From: an uncultured Thermoleophilia bacterium
GTDB lineage: Bacteria > Actinomycetota > Thermoleophilia > UBA2241
Direction of reading: 5' to 3'
NCBI GenBank assembly: GCA_903927755.1
Contig: CAIYOD010000032.1
Span: 2,391 to 66,390, forward strand
DNA: 64,000 nt
The notes below the pieces were generated by a model. That model was not told the origin of the DNA. It saw only the letters and a program-made list of their open reading frames with translations, and did no database searches. Below are positions 55,046 to 64,000 of the stretch, piece after piece. Position 1 is the first letter of the stretch; every line of letters begins with the position of its first letter. Position numbers and translations under genes: made by a program.

Positions 55046-57273
55046 TCGAACTCGTCATTCATGGCCGCGGCGGCCGGGGCGGAGTCACCCTGGCCAAGCT
55101 GATTGCGGGCGCCTACTTCGGGCTCGGCCAGCACGCTCAGGCATTCGGTGTCTACGGCGCCGAGCGCACCGGAGCTCCGGTGCAGGCGTTCGTGCGCATC
55201 GATGACTGCGAGATCACGGTCCACAACGCCATCACGGCCCCCGATCACCTCATCATTCTCGAGCCGTCGCTTGTCGCACCCGAACTCGCCGCGACCATGA
55301 GCCCAGAAGGCTGGATCATCGTCAACACCCCGCAATCGGCACGGGATCTGGCCAAGTTCCTGCCGGGGCGCAACGTCGCCACCGTGGACGCGAACGCGAT
55401 CGCGGTGGCAAAGCATCTCGGCTCCGCGGCGCTACCGATCGTCAACACGACGATGCTCGGTGCGATCGCGCGCGTGCTGGGTATCGAGTTCGCGGCCGTG
55501 GAGGCGGCGCTGACCGGGGCGGGCTTCGTCGGCGGCAACCTGGTCGCGGCCCAAGAGGCCTACGCACGAGTCATCACCGAAACCGAACCAGGAACTGCAG
55601 TGACCATCCGCCTTCCCGTGCTGCCTCCACCGGTCGGCTTCCTCGATGCGCGAGTCGGGAGCATGCCCACGACGCGCACGGGCGCCTGGGCGTCTCGGCG
55701 CCCACATGCCCACGAGCTCAGGCCACTCTGCAGTGAAGGCTGCCCGGCGGGCAACGACGTGCGCGGATTCCTCCAGGCCGCGTCTGCAGGGGACTACGAC
55801 CGCGCGCTGGCGATCATTCTCGACACGTCGCCGTTCCCCGGCACTTGCGGCCGCGTCTGCCCCGCCCCTTGCATGAGCGCCTGCAACCGGAAAGAGCTCG
55901 ACGACGCGGTCGATGTGCGCGACATCGAGCGCGCCGTCGCCGACCGCGGCCTGTGGCCTGCGGCCTCTGCGGCCGATGGGCGTCCCTCAGTCGCCATCGT
56001 GGGTTCGGGCCCCGCCGGTCTGTCCGCCGCCTACCACCTGGCGAGGCTCGGCCATCCCGTGACCGTCTTCGAGGCGGGCGACGAGGCGGGTGGCGTGCTG
56101 CGCACCGGCATCCCGGAGTACCGCTTGCCGCGAAGCGTGCTCGACAGCGAGATCGAGTTCATCACAGCCCACGGCGTTGACATCCGGCTCGGTCGGATCA
56201 TCGACCGCGCGGCGCTCGAGGACTTGAGCCGCGACTACGCGGCCGTCTTTGTCGCCACGGGACTGCAGGAGCGCCGCTCGTTGGAGCTTCATGGTGACTC
56301 GTCCGGCATCGTGGGTCAGAGCCTGGAGTTCCTGGCTGCGGCCCGAGATGGTGGCCCCGACCTCACGGGCCAGACGATCGCGGTCGTCGGTGGTGGCAAT
56401 ACTGCCATCGACGCGGCTCGCACTGCCCTGCGGCTCGGCGCCGATGAAGTGCGGGTCGCGTATCGGCGCACCCGCGCCGAGATGCCGGCCATCGCCGAGG
56501 AGATCGAAGAGGCCGCCGAAGAAGGCGTGCTCTTCGAGGAGTTGCTGTCGCCGGTGGGGTTTGTGTCCGGCGACGGTGGTCCGCGGCTCGTCTGCCGCCG
56601 GATGCGCCTCGCGGGGCCTGATGAGAGCGGTCGCCCGCGGCCCGTGCCGACCAACGGCGGAGACGCCGTTCGTGAGCTTCGTTGCGACCGCCTGTTGCTG
56701 GCGCTTGGGCAGGGGAGCGACCTCTCGATCCTGCCGGATGGGGCAGCGGCAGGTCCTTTGCCGGTGACGCTGGGAGACACGGGCGGATCGGTCTTCCTCG
56801 GTGGCGACCTGGTCGGCGGCGAAGGCACGGTGACCGCGGCGATCGGCAGCGGACGTCGCGCCGCGCTCGCGATCCATGAGGCTCTGGCCGAGGGATCGGA
56901 CCCAGTGAGCGCCGACGGGGCGCATGGCGACGCCGCGCTTGCGGGCGCGGAGGTCATGCATCTGCACTCGTTCTCACCGGTCTCTCGGGAGGCCGTATCG
57001 CTGCTGCCCGCGGAGGCCCGGCGCACGACGTTCGCCGAAGTGCGACAGGGGCTGACCGGCGCCCCGGGCCACGACGCGGCGCAGGCCGAGGCCGGGCGCT
57101 GCCTGGCCTGCGGCATGTGCACCGGCTGCGACACGTGCGTCGTCTACTGCCCCGAGGGCGTGCTTCACCGCGCAGACGGGCAGCCGCCCGACTTCGACTA
57201 CGAGTACTGCAAGGGCTGCGGGTTGTGCGTCGCGGAGTGCCCGCGCGGCGTGGTCTTCACTGAAGCGATTTAG
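55042..57273 (+). CDS. Fusion protein: oxidoreductase gamma subunit + GltD-like NAD(P)H flavoprotein + delta-type 2x[4Fe-4S] ferredoxin
   Basis: The ATG at 55042 overlaps the ilvE stop. N-terminus IHGRGGRGGVTLAKLIAGA...GAERTGAPV (gamma). Middle CPAGNDVRGFL...CGRVCPAPCMSAC, VAIVGSGPAGLSAAYHL and IAVVGGGNTAIDAARTA (GltD-like). C-terminus CLACGMCTGCDTCVVYCP / CKGCGLCVAECP (delta). Confidence 0.8.
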   Translation: MIELVIHGRGGRGGVTLAKLIAGAYFGLGQHAQAFGVYGAERTGAPVQAFVRIDDCEITVHNAITAPDHLIILEPSLVAPELAATMSPEGWIIVNTPQSARDLAKFLPGRNVATVDANAIAVAKHLGSAALPIVNTTMLGAIARVLGIEFAAVEAALTGAGFVGGNLVAAQEAYARVITETEPGTAVTIRLPVLPPPVGFLDARVGSMPTTRTGAWASRRPHAHELRPLCSEGCPAGNDVRGFLQAASAGDYDRALAIILDTSPFPGTCGRVCPAPCMSACNRKELDDAVDVRDIERAVADRGLWPAASAADGRPSVAIVGSGPAGLSAAYHLARLGHPVTVFEAGDEAGGVLRTGIPEYRLPRSVLDSEIEFITAHGVDIRLGRIIDRAALEDLSRDYAAVFVATGLQERRSLELHGDSSGIVGQSLEFLAAARDGGPDLTGQTIAVVGGGNTAIDAARTALRLGADEVRVAYRRTRAEMPAIAEEIEEAAEEGVLFEELLSPVGFVSGDGGPRLVCRRMRLAGPDESGRPRPVPTNGGDAVRELRCDRLLLALGQGSDLSILPDGAAAGPLPVTLGDTGGSVFLGGDLVGGEGTVTAAIGSGRRAALAIHEALAEGSDPVSADGAHGDAALAGAEVMHLHSFSPVSREAVSLLPAEARRTTFAEVRQGLTGAPGHDAAQAEAGRCLACGMCTGCDTCVVYCPEGVLHRADGQPPDFDYEYCKGCGLCVAECPRGVVFTEAI

Positions 57274-57318
57274 AGCGCCCGGTACTCACGACCTCCGGAC
57301 CAGAAGGAGAAGACCGAT

Positions 57319-58647
57319 ATGGACTGGCGAGAGCACTACAAGCGTTGCTTGCGTTCGTCGGAAGAGGCGGTGAGCGTCATCAAGTCCGGCGACCGCATCG
57401 TCTCCGCACATGCCTGCAGCGAGCCGATCGACCTCTACGACGCGCTGGTCGCGCGCGCGCCCGAGCTGCGCGACGTGGAAGTCGTGCACCTCGTGCCCAT
57501 GGGCAAGGGTGAGTATGCCCGGCCGGAGTACGCCGGGAGCTTCCGCCACAACTCCGTGTTCGTCGGCGCCCCCACGCGAGAGGCAGTCTGCGACGGCCGC
57601 GCCGACTTCACGCCGTGCCACTTTCACGAGACTCCGGCTCTCTTTACCGAGGGCTACCTGCCGCCCGACGTCGCGCTCGTACATCTGTCGCCGCCCGACA
57701 GGCACGGCTGGTGCTCGTTTGGTCTGTCGGTCGACTACACCAAACCGGCGGCGCTGGCGGCCAGGAAGATCGTCGCCCAGGTCAATCCGAACATGCCGCG
57801 CACGCACGGCGACACCTTCATCCACGTCACGCGGCTCGATGCGATCGTGGAGAGCTCGACGCCCCTTCTTGAGTTGCCGGCGCCGAGGATCGGCGCTGTG
57901 GCAGAGGCCATCGGGCGGAACATCTCCGAGCTGGTCAGGGATGGCGACTGCCTTCAGGTCGGGATTGGCGCGATTCCCGAGGCCGTCCTTCGCTTTCTGC
58001 ATGACAAGAAGGACCTCGGCATCCACTCGGAGATGTTCAGCGACGGGGTCGTCGACCTCTACGAGGAGGGTGTAGTCACCAACTCGCGCAAGACCATCCA
58101 TCGCGACCGGCTCGTCGCCACCTTCCTCATGGGCTCGCGGCGCCTCTATGACTTCGTCGACGACAACCCGGTAGTGAGCATGTTTCCCGTGAGCTACACC
58201 AACAACCCCTACGTCATCGCCCAGAACGACAACGTGGTGTCCATCAACTCAGCGCTGCAGGTAGACCTGATGGGACAGGTCGTGGCCGATACCATGGGCC
58301 CCCGGCAGTACACAGGCGTCGGTGGCCAGGTCGACTTCGTCCGCGGCGCCGCGGCCAGCAAGGGTGGACGGGCGATCATCGCTCTGCCGTCGACCGCGAA
58401 GTGCGGTACGGTCAGCCGGATCGTCGCCAAGATCAGTGATGGCGCCGCGGTCACCACCATGCGCGCCGACGTGGACTACGTGGTCACCGAGCACGGCGTG
58501 GCGCATCTCAAGGGCAAGACCTTGCGGGAGCGTCGTCGCGAACTGCTCGCCATCGCCCAGCCCGAGTTCAGAGGTCTGATCGAGGAGGACTACGGCGCAC
58601 TGTGCAGTGCAGAGACGGCGCCGTCTCCGGCCTCGGCTGGTGGCTGA
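57319..58647 (+). CDS. Acetyl-CoA hydrolase/transferase family (4-hydroxybutyrate / butyryl-CoA:acetate CoA-transferase-like)
   Basis: 442 aa. IKSGDRIVSAHACSEP, LQVGIGAIPEAV, HSEMFSDG and VGGQVDFVRGA are present. Confidence 0.82.
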   Translation: MDWREHYKRCLRSSEEAVSVIKSGDRIVSAHACSEPIDLYDALVARAPELRDVEVVHLVPMGKGEYARPEYAGSFRHNSVFVGAPTREAVCDGRADFTPCHFHETPALFTEGYLPPDVALVHLSPPDRHGWCSFGLSVDYTKPAALAARKIVAQVNPNMPRTHGDTFIHVTRLDAIVESSTPLLELPAPRIGAVAEAIGRNISELVRDGDCLQVGIGAIPEAVLRFLHDKKDLGIHSEMFSDGVVDLYEEGVVTNSRKTIHRDRLVATFLMGSRRLYDFVDDNPVVSMFPVSYTNNPYVIAQNDNVVSINSALQVDLMGQVVADTMGPRQYTGVGGQVDFVRGAAASKGGRAIIALPSTAKCGTVSRIVAKISDGAAVTTMRADVDYVVTEHGVAHLKGKTLRERRRELLAIAQPEFRGLIEEDYGALCSAETAPSPASAGG

Positions 58648-58743
58648 CGCGGGCATCGCCACGGCACGGCCAGAAGCTGTCAGAGTAGTCGCCGTCTAGG
58701 CCGAATCCAGCAGCTCCTGCATCAAGGCTAGGAGGAAAAGCCG

Positions 58744-60279
58744 ATGCCCAGGTACGAAGTCGAGTTCCGACGCTCGATCGATGATCCGGAGGCGTTCTGG
58801 GCGACGAGAGCGTCGGCCGTGGACTGGGATGAGCCTTGGCGGCAGGTGCTCGATCCCGAGGCCAAGCCGGGTCCGCGATGGTTCGTCGGTGGGCGACTCA
58901 ACACCTGCTTCAATTGCGTCGATCGCCATGTGCTGGCGGGGCACGGTGACCGGACGGCGGTGTTCCATGAGAGCCCACGTGCCGGGGTGTCGGCAGCGAT
59001 CACCTACGCCGAATTGCTCGACCGCGTAGCACGAGTTGCCGGGGGACTTCAGTCTCTCGGTGTCGCCAAGGGCGATCACGTGCTGATCTACATGCCCATG
59101 ATCCCTGAGACGGTCATCGCGATGCTCGCCTGTGCGCGTCTCGGCGCGGTGCACTCGCTGGCCTTCGGCGGCTGTGCCTCGGAGGAGCTGGCAGCGCGTA
59201 TCGACGGCTTTCGACCCAAGGTCGTGCTCTGGGGGGCCTGCGGCGTCGAGCCCAGCCGAATCGTCGAGTACCAGCCCCTGCTCGAGCGCGCGCTGCAACT
59301 CGCCCAGTGGCAGGTGGAGTCGACGGTCGTGAGACAGCGTCTCCAGGCGCGCGCCCCGTTGAAGGAAGGCCGCGATCACTGCTGGATACAGCTCGAACGG
59401 TCCTCGCCACCGGTCCCGTGCACTTCAGTAGAGGCAACGGACCCGCTCTACATCATGTACACGGCTGGAACGACCGGGAAGCCCAAGGGCGTGATCCGCG
59501 ACAACGGCGGCCATGCGGTCGCACTGACCTGGTCGATGAAGGCCGTGTACGACATCGGGCCCGGCGACGTGTTCTGGGCCGTCTCGGATACGGGATGGCA
59601 GCCCGGCCACAGCTACGGCGCATACGCGCCTCTCCTGACGGGCGCGTCGACCGTCGTCTTCGAGGGCCAGCCGATCGGGACCCCTGACGCAGGGGTCTAC
59701 TGGGAGGTCATCGAGCGCCTCGGGATCAAGGCGATTCTGGCCGCCCCGACGACGGTCCGGGCGATTCGAGAGGAAGACTCCAAGGGCTCCCTCGCGGAAG
59801 GCCACGATCTGAGCTCCCTCGAGGCGGTCTTCATGGCCGGTGAGCGGCTCGACGCCGCGACAGACGACTGGACGCGTGACCTCCTCGGAGTCCCGGTGGT
59901 CGGCCAGTACTGGCAGACCGAGACCGGCTGGCCCGTCTGCTGCATCTGCAGAGGCATCGAGAAACTCCCAACGCGCTCGGGTTCAGTCAATCGGTGCGTC
60001 CCCGGGTACGAAGTGGTGGCCTTGGACGCCCAAGGTCAACCGCTCCGACCGGGGCTGGAGGGCGCTCTCGCGGTTCGTCTGCCGTTGCCGCCGGGTGCCC
60101 TTCCGACGCTCTGGCGGGACGACGAGGAGTTCGTGCGCGCCTACCTCGTTCCGTATCCCGGTTACTACTGCACGGGAGACGCTGGCTGGATCGACTCCGA
60201 CGGGTACGTGTTCGTCAGCGACCGCCTCAACGATGTTGTCAGGGCAGCAGGGTACAGTCGGCGGTCCGAAGCTTCTTGA
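58744..60279 (+). CDS. Acyl-CoA synthetase (PrpE/Acs-like), C-terminally truncated
   Basis: DPEAFW, YTAGTTGKPKGV, WQTETG and YYCTGDAGWIDSDGYVFV are present. Homology decays in the hinge (DRLNDVVRAAGYSRRSEAS*) and the C-terminal subdomain is missing. Confidence 0.7.
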   Translation: MPRYEVEFRRSIDDPEAFWATRASAVDWDEPWRQVLDPEAKPGPRWFVGGRLNTCFNCVDRHVLAGHGDRTAVFHESPRAGVSAAITYAELLDRVARVAGGLQSLGVAKGDHVLIYMPMIPETVIAMLACARLGAVHSLAFGGCASEELAARIDGFRPKVVLWGACGVEPSRIVEYQPLLERALQLAQWQVESTVVRQRLQARAPLKEGRDHCWIQLERSSPPVPCTSVEATDPLYIMYTAGTTGKPKGVIRDNGGHAVALTWSMKAVYDIGPGDVFWAVSDTGWQPGHSYGAYAPLLTGASTVVFEGQPIGTPDAGVYWEVIERLGIKAILAAPTTVRAIREEDSKGSLAEGHDLSSLEAVFMAGERLDAATDDWTRDLLGVPVVGQYWQTETGWPVCCICRGIEKLPTRSGSVNRCVPGYEVVALDAQGQPLRPGLEGALAVRLPLPPGALPTLWRDDEEFVRAYLVPYPGYYCTGDAGWIDSDGYVFVSDRLNDVVRAAGYSRRSEAS

Positions 60280-60416
60280 ACTCGACCGGACTGTGGACGA
60301 GGTCAGCAAGAGGCGGGCGTCGCGTAGGGTGGCGTTGGCCGCCTCATGCGGCTTGAGCACGCCAGGCTTCCCAAGCGCTGACGCTGCTGGAGCAGGCTCG
60401 TCATCCGCGACACAGT

Positions 60417-61907
60417 GTGAAACGAAGCGAGAGCTCGCGTCACACGAAGGGCATTGAGGTCACTTCCACTATCGTGGAGTCTTCTACCGATGAGAGCCAG
60501 CATCACGCTCACCCACGTCTGCTTGGCGGCCACTGCTCTTCAGGAGGACGGACACTGACGCCGATCACATTCCGCGATTTGGACCGGCTGACTGGTCATG
60601 GCCGCCACGAGTTGCGTCGCGACGCGCTGGCGATCGCCGCCGTGGGCCTCACGGCGGCCGATCCGGTGTCGGCCTTCATGCGCTCGATCACCCTCGAGGG
60701 CAACGTCCTGAGGGCCGGCTGCGAGGCCTTCGACCTCTCCGGCCGCGATGTGTTCGTGGTCGGGGCCGGAAAGGCGACGATCGGCATCGCCGCCGCGCTC
60801 GATGGACTGCTCGGCTCGCGCATCCGCGATGGGGCGGTGGCGGTCAAGCACGGACAGGCGCGGCCGCTGGACCACATCGAGGTCCTTGAAGCCGCGCACC
60901 CCGTGCCCGACGAGGGGAGTGCTGCCGCTGGAGACCGGCTCCTGGCCATCGCCGACATGACCCGGCCCGGCGATCTGCTGATCGCCGTGTTCACGGGCGG
61001 CAGTTCGGCCCTCGCGGTGGCGCCGGCCGACGGGCTCACCTTGGCCGATAAGGTCGCAACCGGCCGGGTTCTCCTCGCCTCAGGCGCCGACATCGTCAGC
61101 ATGAACAATGTACGCAAGCACATGTCGCGGCTGAAGGGCGGACGACTTGGGGCGGCTTGCCGCTGCACCATCCTCAATCTCAGCGTCTCGGACGTGGTCG
61201 GTGATCCGCCGCACGTCTTCACGAACCCCACCGTCCCGGATCCCTCCACCTTTGCCGATGCGCACGAGGCGTGCGACCGCTTCGGCCTTTGGGAAGAGCT
61301 GCCTGCGCCGGTCGCGGCCCACCTGCGTCGTGCAGACCCGGCGGCCGAAACGGTGCGGGAACTCCCCGATGTCCACACCCGCGTGCTTGCGACGTCGGCC
61401 ACGATGTGCTCGGCAACGCTCGCCGCCGCACTCGAGCTCGGCTACGTGTCCGAGCTGTTGACGCTCGAGCTCGAGGGCGACAGCGCCGCTGCGGGACGCC
61501 TGCTCGCCCGCTCGGCTCGCAGGCTCGGACCCGGCCGCGCTCTCGTCGCAGGCGGCGAGACCGTCGTTGCGCTCGGTCCGGCCGGACACGGCCTCGGCGG
61601 CCCGAGCCAGGAGGCCGCAGTGGCCGCGGCCATCGAGCTCGCCGGCGGCGGCCCGGCCTGTGCCCTGTGCCTCGATTCGGACGGTAGCGACGGCCCCACC
61701 GATGCCGCGGGCGGCATCGTCGACGACTTGACGGTCGCCGAGCTGGCTACTCAGGGTGTCGACCCTGTGACCGCTCTTGCGGGACACGCCACCTACGACC
61801 TGCTTGCGGCCACTGGCAACCTCCTGGTGACGGGCCCCACCGGCACCAACGTCAACGACCTGCGCCTCATACTCACTGGCCGACCTGAGCGGTCGAGAAG
61901 GGCGTAG
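60417..61907 (+). CDS. Glycerate 2-kinase / hydroxypyruvate reductase family (DUF4147 + MOFRL)
   Basis: VFVVGAGKATIGIAAAL, HPVPDEGS, TGGSSAL and a C-terminal GGETVV...DSDGSDGPTD...TGPTGTNVNDL are present. The coordinates give the maximal ORF. The true start is probably near 60555-60580, after AGGAGGA at 60542. Confidence 0.75.
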   Translation: MKRSESSRHTKGIEVTSTIVESSTDESQHHAHPRLLGGHCSSGGRTLTPITFRDLDRLTGHGRHELRRDALAIAAVGLTAADPVSAFMRSITLEGNVLRAGCEAFDLSGRDVFVVGAGKATIGIAAALDGLLGSRIRDGAVAVKHGQARPLDHIEVLEAAHPVPDEGSAAAGDRLLAIADMTRPGDLLIAVFTGGSSALAVAPADGLTLADKVATGRVLLASGADIVSMNNVRKHMSRLKGGRLGAACRCTILNLSVSDVVGDPPHVFTNPTVPDPSTFADAHEACDRFGLWEELPAPVAAHLRRADPAAETVRELPDVHTRVLATSATMCSATLAAALELGYVSELLTLELEGDSAAAGRLLARSARRLGPGRALVAGGETVVALGPAGHGLGGPSQEAAVAAAIELAGGGPACALCLDSDGSDGPTDAAGGIVDDLTVAELATQGVDPVTALAGHATYDLLAATGNLLVTGPTGTNVNDLRLILTGRPERSRRA

Positions 61908-62008
61908 ACTCCGGCCGAGCGAGCTTCGGCGGTGACCGGGGCTCCTGCCGGTGGTAGGCAGGCTTGCTTTGGCGTTCATCCGGGATGCCCCTGAATGTGG
62001 AGACGAAC

Positions 62009-62866
62009 ATGTTCGACGGCTTCGAGATCGCGATGATCGAGACGAGCACCGGGGTGATAAGGGCCCGCTCTGCGGGCGACGGCCCTCCGCTCCTGCTCTT
62101 GCACGGCCATCCGGAGACGCACGTCATGTGGCACAAGGTCGCCCCGCTGCTGGCCCGGGAGTTCACCGTCGTCGCCAGCGACCTGACCGGTTACGGGAAG
62201 AGCTGCAAGCCCGAGGCGGCCGCCGACCACAGCCCCTACACGAAACGGGCTATGGCTGCGACGCAGATCGAGGTCATGCGGAGTCTGGGCCACGAGCAGT
62301 TCCTCGTGGCCGGTCACGATCGTGGAGCGCGCGTCGGGTATCGCATGGCCCTCGACCACCCAGAGCGCGTGCGAAAGCTTGCGGTGCTCGACATCGTGCC
62401 GACAAGCGAGGCCTTCGATCGCGCGGACCACGCGTTTGGGATGGCGTATTGGCACTGGTTCTTCCTGTCTCAGCCGTACCCGTTCCCGGAGCAGGTGCTG
62501 GAGGCCGATCCGCGTGCCTTCTACGCCCGGCTGATGGCCGACTACATCTCCGACGAAGCGCGGGCGGATTACTTCCAGGCGCTGGAAGACCCCGCTACGA
62601 TCCACGCGATCTGCGAGGACTACCGCGCAGCTGAGACCACGGACTGCGCGTTGGACCGCGCCGACCGCGGGGCGCGGTCGATCGGCTGCCCGCTCCTGGT
62701 CCTCTGGGGTGAGCGAGGACACCTGCAGTCGCTGTATGACGTGCTGGCGATCTGGAGCGACTGGGCCGACGATGTGCGCGGACGGGCGCTACCCTGTGGG
62801 CATCACCTGCCGGAAGAGGCGCCCGACGAGACCTATGGCGCTCTCTTGTCCTTCTTCGGCGCCTGA
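62009..62866 (+). CDS. Alpha/beta hydrolase, haloacetate dehalogenase / epoxide hydrolase-like
   Basis: In the frame of ORF 61964..62866, starting at MFDGFE. LLLLHGHPETHVMW, DLTGYGKS, GHDRGARVGYRMALDHPERV (Asp nucleophile context) and C-terminal GHHLPEE are present. Confidence 0.78.
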   Translation: MFDGFEIAMIETSTGVIRARSAGDGPPLLLLHGHPETHVMWHKVAPLLAREFTVVASDLTGYGKSCKPEAAADHSPYTKRAMAATQIEVMRSLGHEQFLVAGHDRGARVGYRMALDHPERVRKLAVLDIVPTSEAFDRADHAFGMAYWHWFFLSQPYPFPEQVLEADPRAFYARLMADYISDEARADYFQALEDPATIHAICEDYRAAETTDCALDRADRGARSIGCPLLVLWGERGHLQSLYDVLAIWSDWADDVRGRALPCGHHLPEEAPDETYGALLSFFGA

Positions 62867-62869
62867 GAC

Positions 62870-63994
62870 TCAGCCGACCGTCAACTCGTCCAGAGCATCG
62901 CGGTCGAGGTCGAGTCCGAGTCCCGGACCGGCCGGGACGTCGACGAGCCCATCGTGCGCGATGGGATAGCCGCCGACGAAGATCTCCCTGAGAGGATTGG
63001 GCACGATCATGTACTCGATGGGGTTGAGTGTAGGCGAGGCCGCGCTGATGTGAAGGGCTGCCAGCTGGGACACACCGCCGGACAGCCCGGTGTGCGGAGC
63101 CAGGGCGAGGTTCGCGGCGTAGGTCAGTGTCGACGCCTGCCATGCGCCCGTTACTCCTCCGCAGCGACCCACGTCAGGCTGGATGATGTCGATGAGCCGG
63201 CGTTCGATGAGCTCGCGGAAGCCGAAGACGGAGAACACGGTCTCGCCGGCGGCGAGTGGGACCGAGGTCGCCGCATGCACACGCTCGTAGCCTGCAAGAT
63301 CGTCCGGCGGGACAGGCTCCTCGAAGAACCCGACGTCGCAGTTTTCCAGTCCGCGGGCCACACGGATGGCCGAAGCGGCGTCGTAGGCGCCGTTCGCGTC
63401 CACGTACAGATCGATGTCCTGCCCGACCGCGTCGCGCACGGCCGCAACGGCTCTGACATCGGCCCGTGTGCCGCCTTGTTCCTGACGACGACCGATCTTC
63501 ATCTTGAGCGCAGTGAAGCCGCGAGCCACCTGTTCCTCTGCCTGCGTCCGGACAGCCTCGTCATCCGCCATCGCCAGCGCCGACGCATAGCACGGCAGCT
63601 GCCGCCGGCCCTCGCCATGGAGCAGCTCCCAGATCGGCTTGCCCTCGTGTCTGCCCACCAGGTCCCACAGGGCTGTGTCGACGCCGCTGACCGCCTCCAT
63701 CACGACCCCCGTGCTGTGGCCCCAGCGGCGCAGGCGGTCGAGCATGGCCACCCAGAGATGCCCTATCTTCCGCGGGTCCTCGCCGATCACGACGGGTGTG
63801 AGAAGTGATTCCACTGCTGCCCGTGCCATCTCCGGGGCGCGACGCACGATGGCCTCGCCGTAGCCGACGAGGCCGTCGTCGCTCTCCACCTCGACCAACA
63901 CGCAGGAGTACGCGGAGTAGTCGCCGATCGAGAAGGAGAATCCGTCGCCGACATCGGCCGAGAGCACGCGCGCACGTACCTTGGCTATCCTCAT
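62870..63994 (-). CDS. Enolase superfamily enzyme (mandelate racemase / muconate lactonizing family, dehydratase-like)
   Basis: 374 aa. Has the N-terminal capping domain GYGEA. TALKMKIG, DANGAY, FFEEP and IIQPDV supply the metal-ligand motifs. Confidence 0.82.
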   Translation of the reverse strand: MRIAKVRARVLSADVGDGFSFSIGDYSAYSCVLVEVESDDGLVGYGEAIVRRAPEMARAAVESLLTPVVIGEDPRKIGHLWVAMLDRLRRWGHSTGVVMEAVSGVDTALWDLVGRHEGKPIWELLHGEGRRQLPCYASALAMADDEAVRTQAEEQVARGFTALKMKIGRRQEQGGTRADVRAVAAVRDAVGQDIDLYVDANGAYDAASAIRVARGLENCDVGFFEEPVPPDDLAGYERVHAATSVPLAAGETVFSVFGFRELIERRLIDIIQPDVGRCGGVTGAWQASTLTYAANLALAPHTGLSGGVSQLAALHISAASPTLNPIEYMIVPNPLREIFVGGYPIAHDGLVDVPAGPGLGLDLDRDALDELTVG

Positions 63995-64000
63995 TGGGAA

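Noticed and set aside
60303-60533. 76-aa minus-strand ORF in the lower-GC gap after the truncated acyl-CoA synthetase, considered as an IS or integrase remnant
   Set aside because: No recognisable transposase or recombinase motif and no terminal inverted repeats were seen. It is kept only as context for the truncation finding.

Overview
Very GC-rich bacterial DNA, densely coding, with many ATGA/GTGA start-stop overlaps. The gene content looks like an anaerobic or facultative actinobacterium: PimA/PimB-like GT4 enzymes and PlsY, ferredoxin-dependent 2-oxoacid oxidoreductases, and MttB-family methyltransferases. Left to right:
- (1) Nitrogen and polyamine genes: a TIGR00300 fragment, an orphan family-5 SBP, aguB, a CocE/NonD hydrolase with an MFS transporter, a TetR regulator, and an atypical carbamoyltransferase.
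- (2) An accessory block of about 11.5 kb (9473-20894) holding three tandem paralogous triplets of PilV-like, PilW/GspJ-like and PilX/GspK-like proteins. No pilus motor, platform, major pilin or prepilin peptidase is present in the window. The block ends next to tRNA-Val.
- (3) A META lipoprotein, an orphan histidine kinase, a DUF4143 ATPase, a GT4-PlsY-PimA block and tRNA-Asp.
- (4) A Liv-type ABC transporter with a PaaK ligase, then pckA.
- (5) An IclR-associated locus with two aromatic-lyase (HAL) family genes. One has an A-C-G triad and the other lacks the MIO glycine. The locus also has three tandem non-Pyl MttB methyltransferases, an opine dehydrogenase, an FTCD-like cyclodeaminase and iorAB-paaK.
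- (6) A GntR-associated operon: 2-oxoacid:ferredoxin oxidoreductase alpha and beta, ilvE, an unusual gamma-GltD-delta fusion, a CoA-transferase and a truncated acyl-CoA synthetase.
- (7) Glycerate kinase, a haloacetate-dehalogenase-like hydrolase and an enolase-superfamily enzyme.
The best candidates for undescribed biology are the triplicated pilus-tip cassettes and the MttB/HAL locus. No CRISPR array, rRNA or recognisable transposase was seen. Many long alternate-frame ORFs are GC artefacts.
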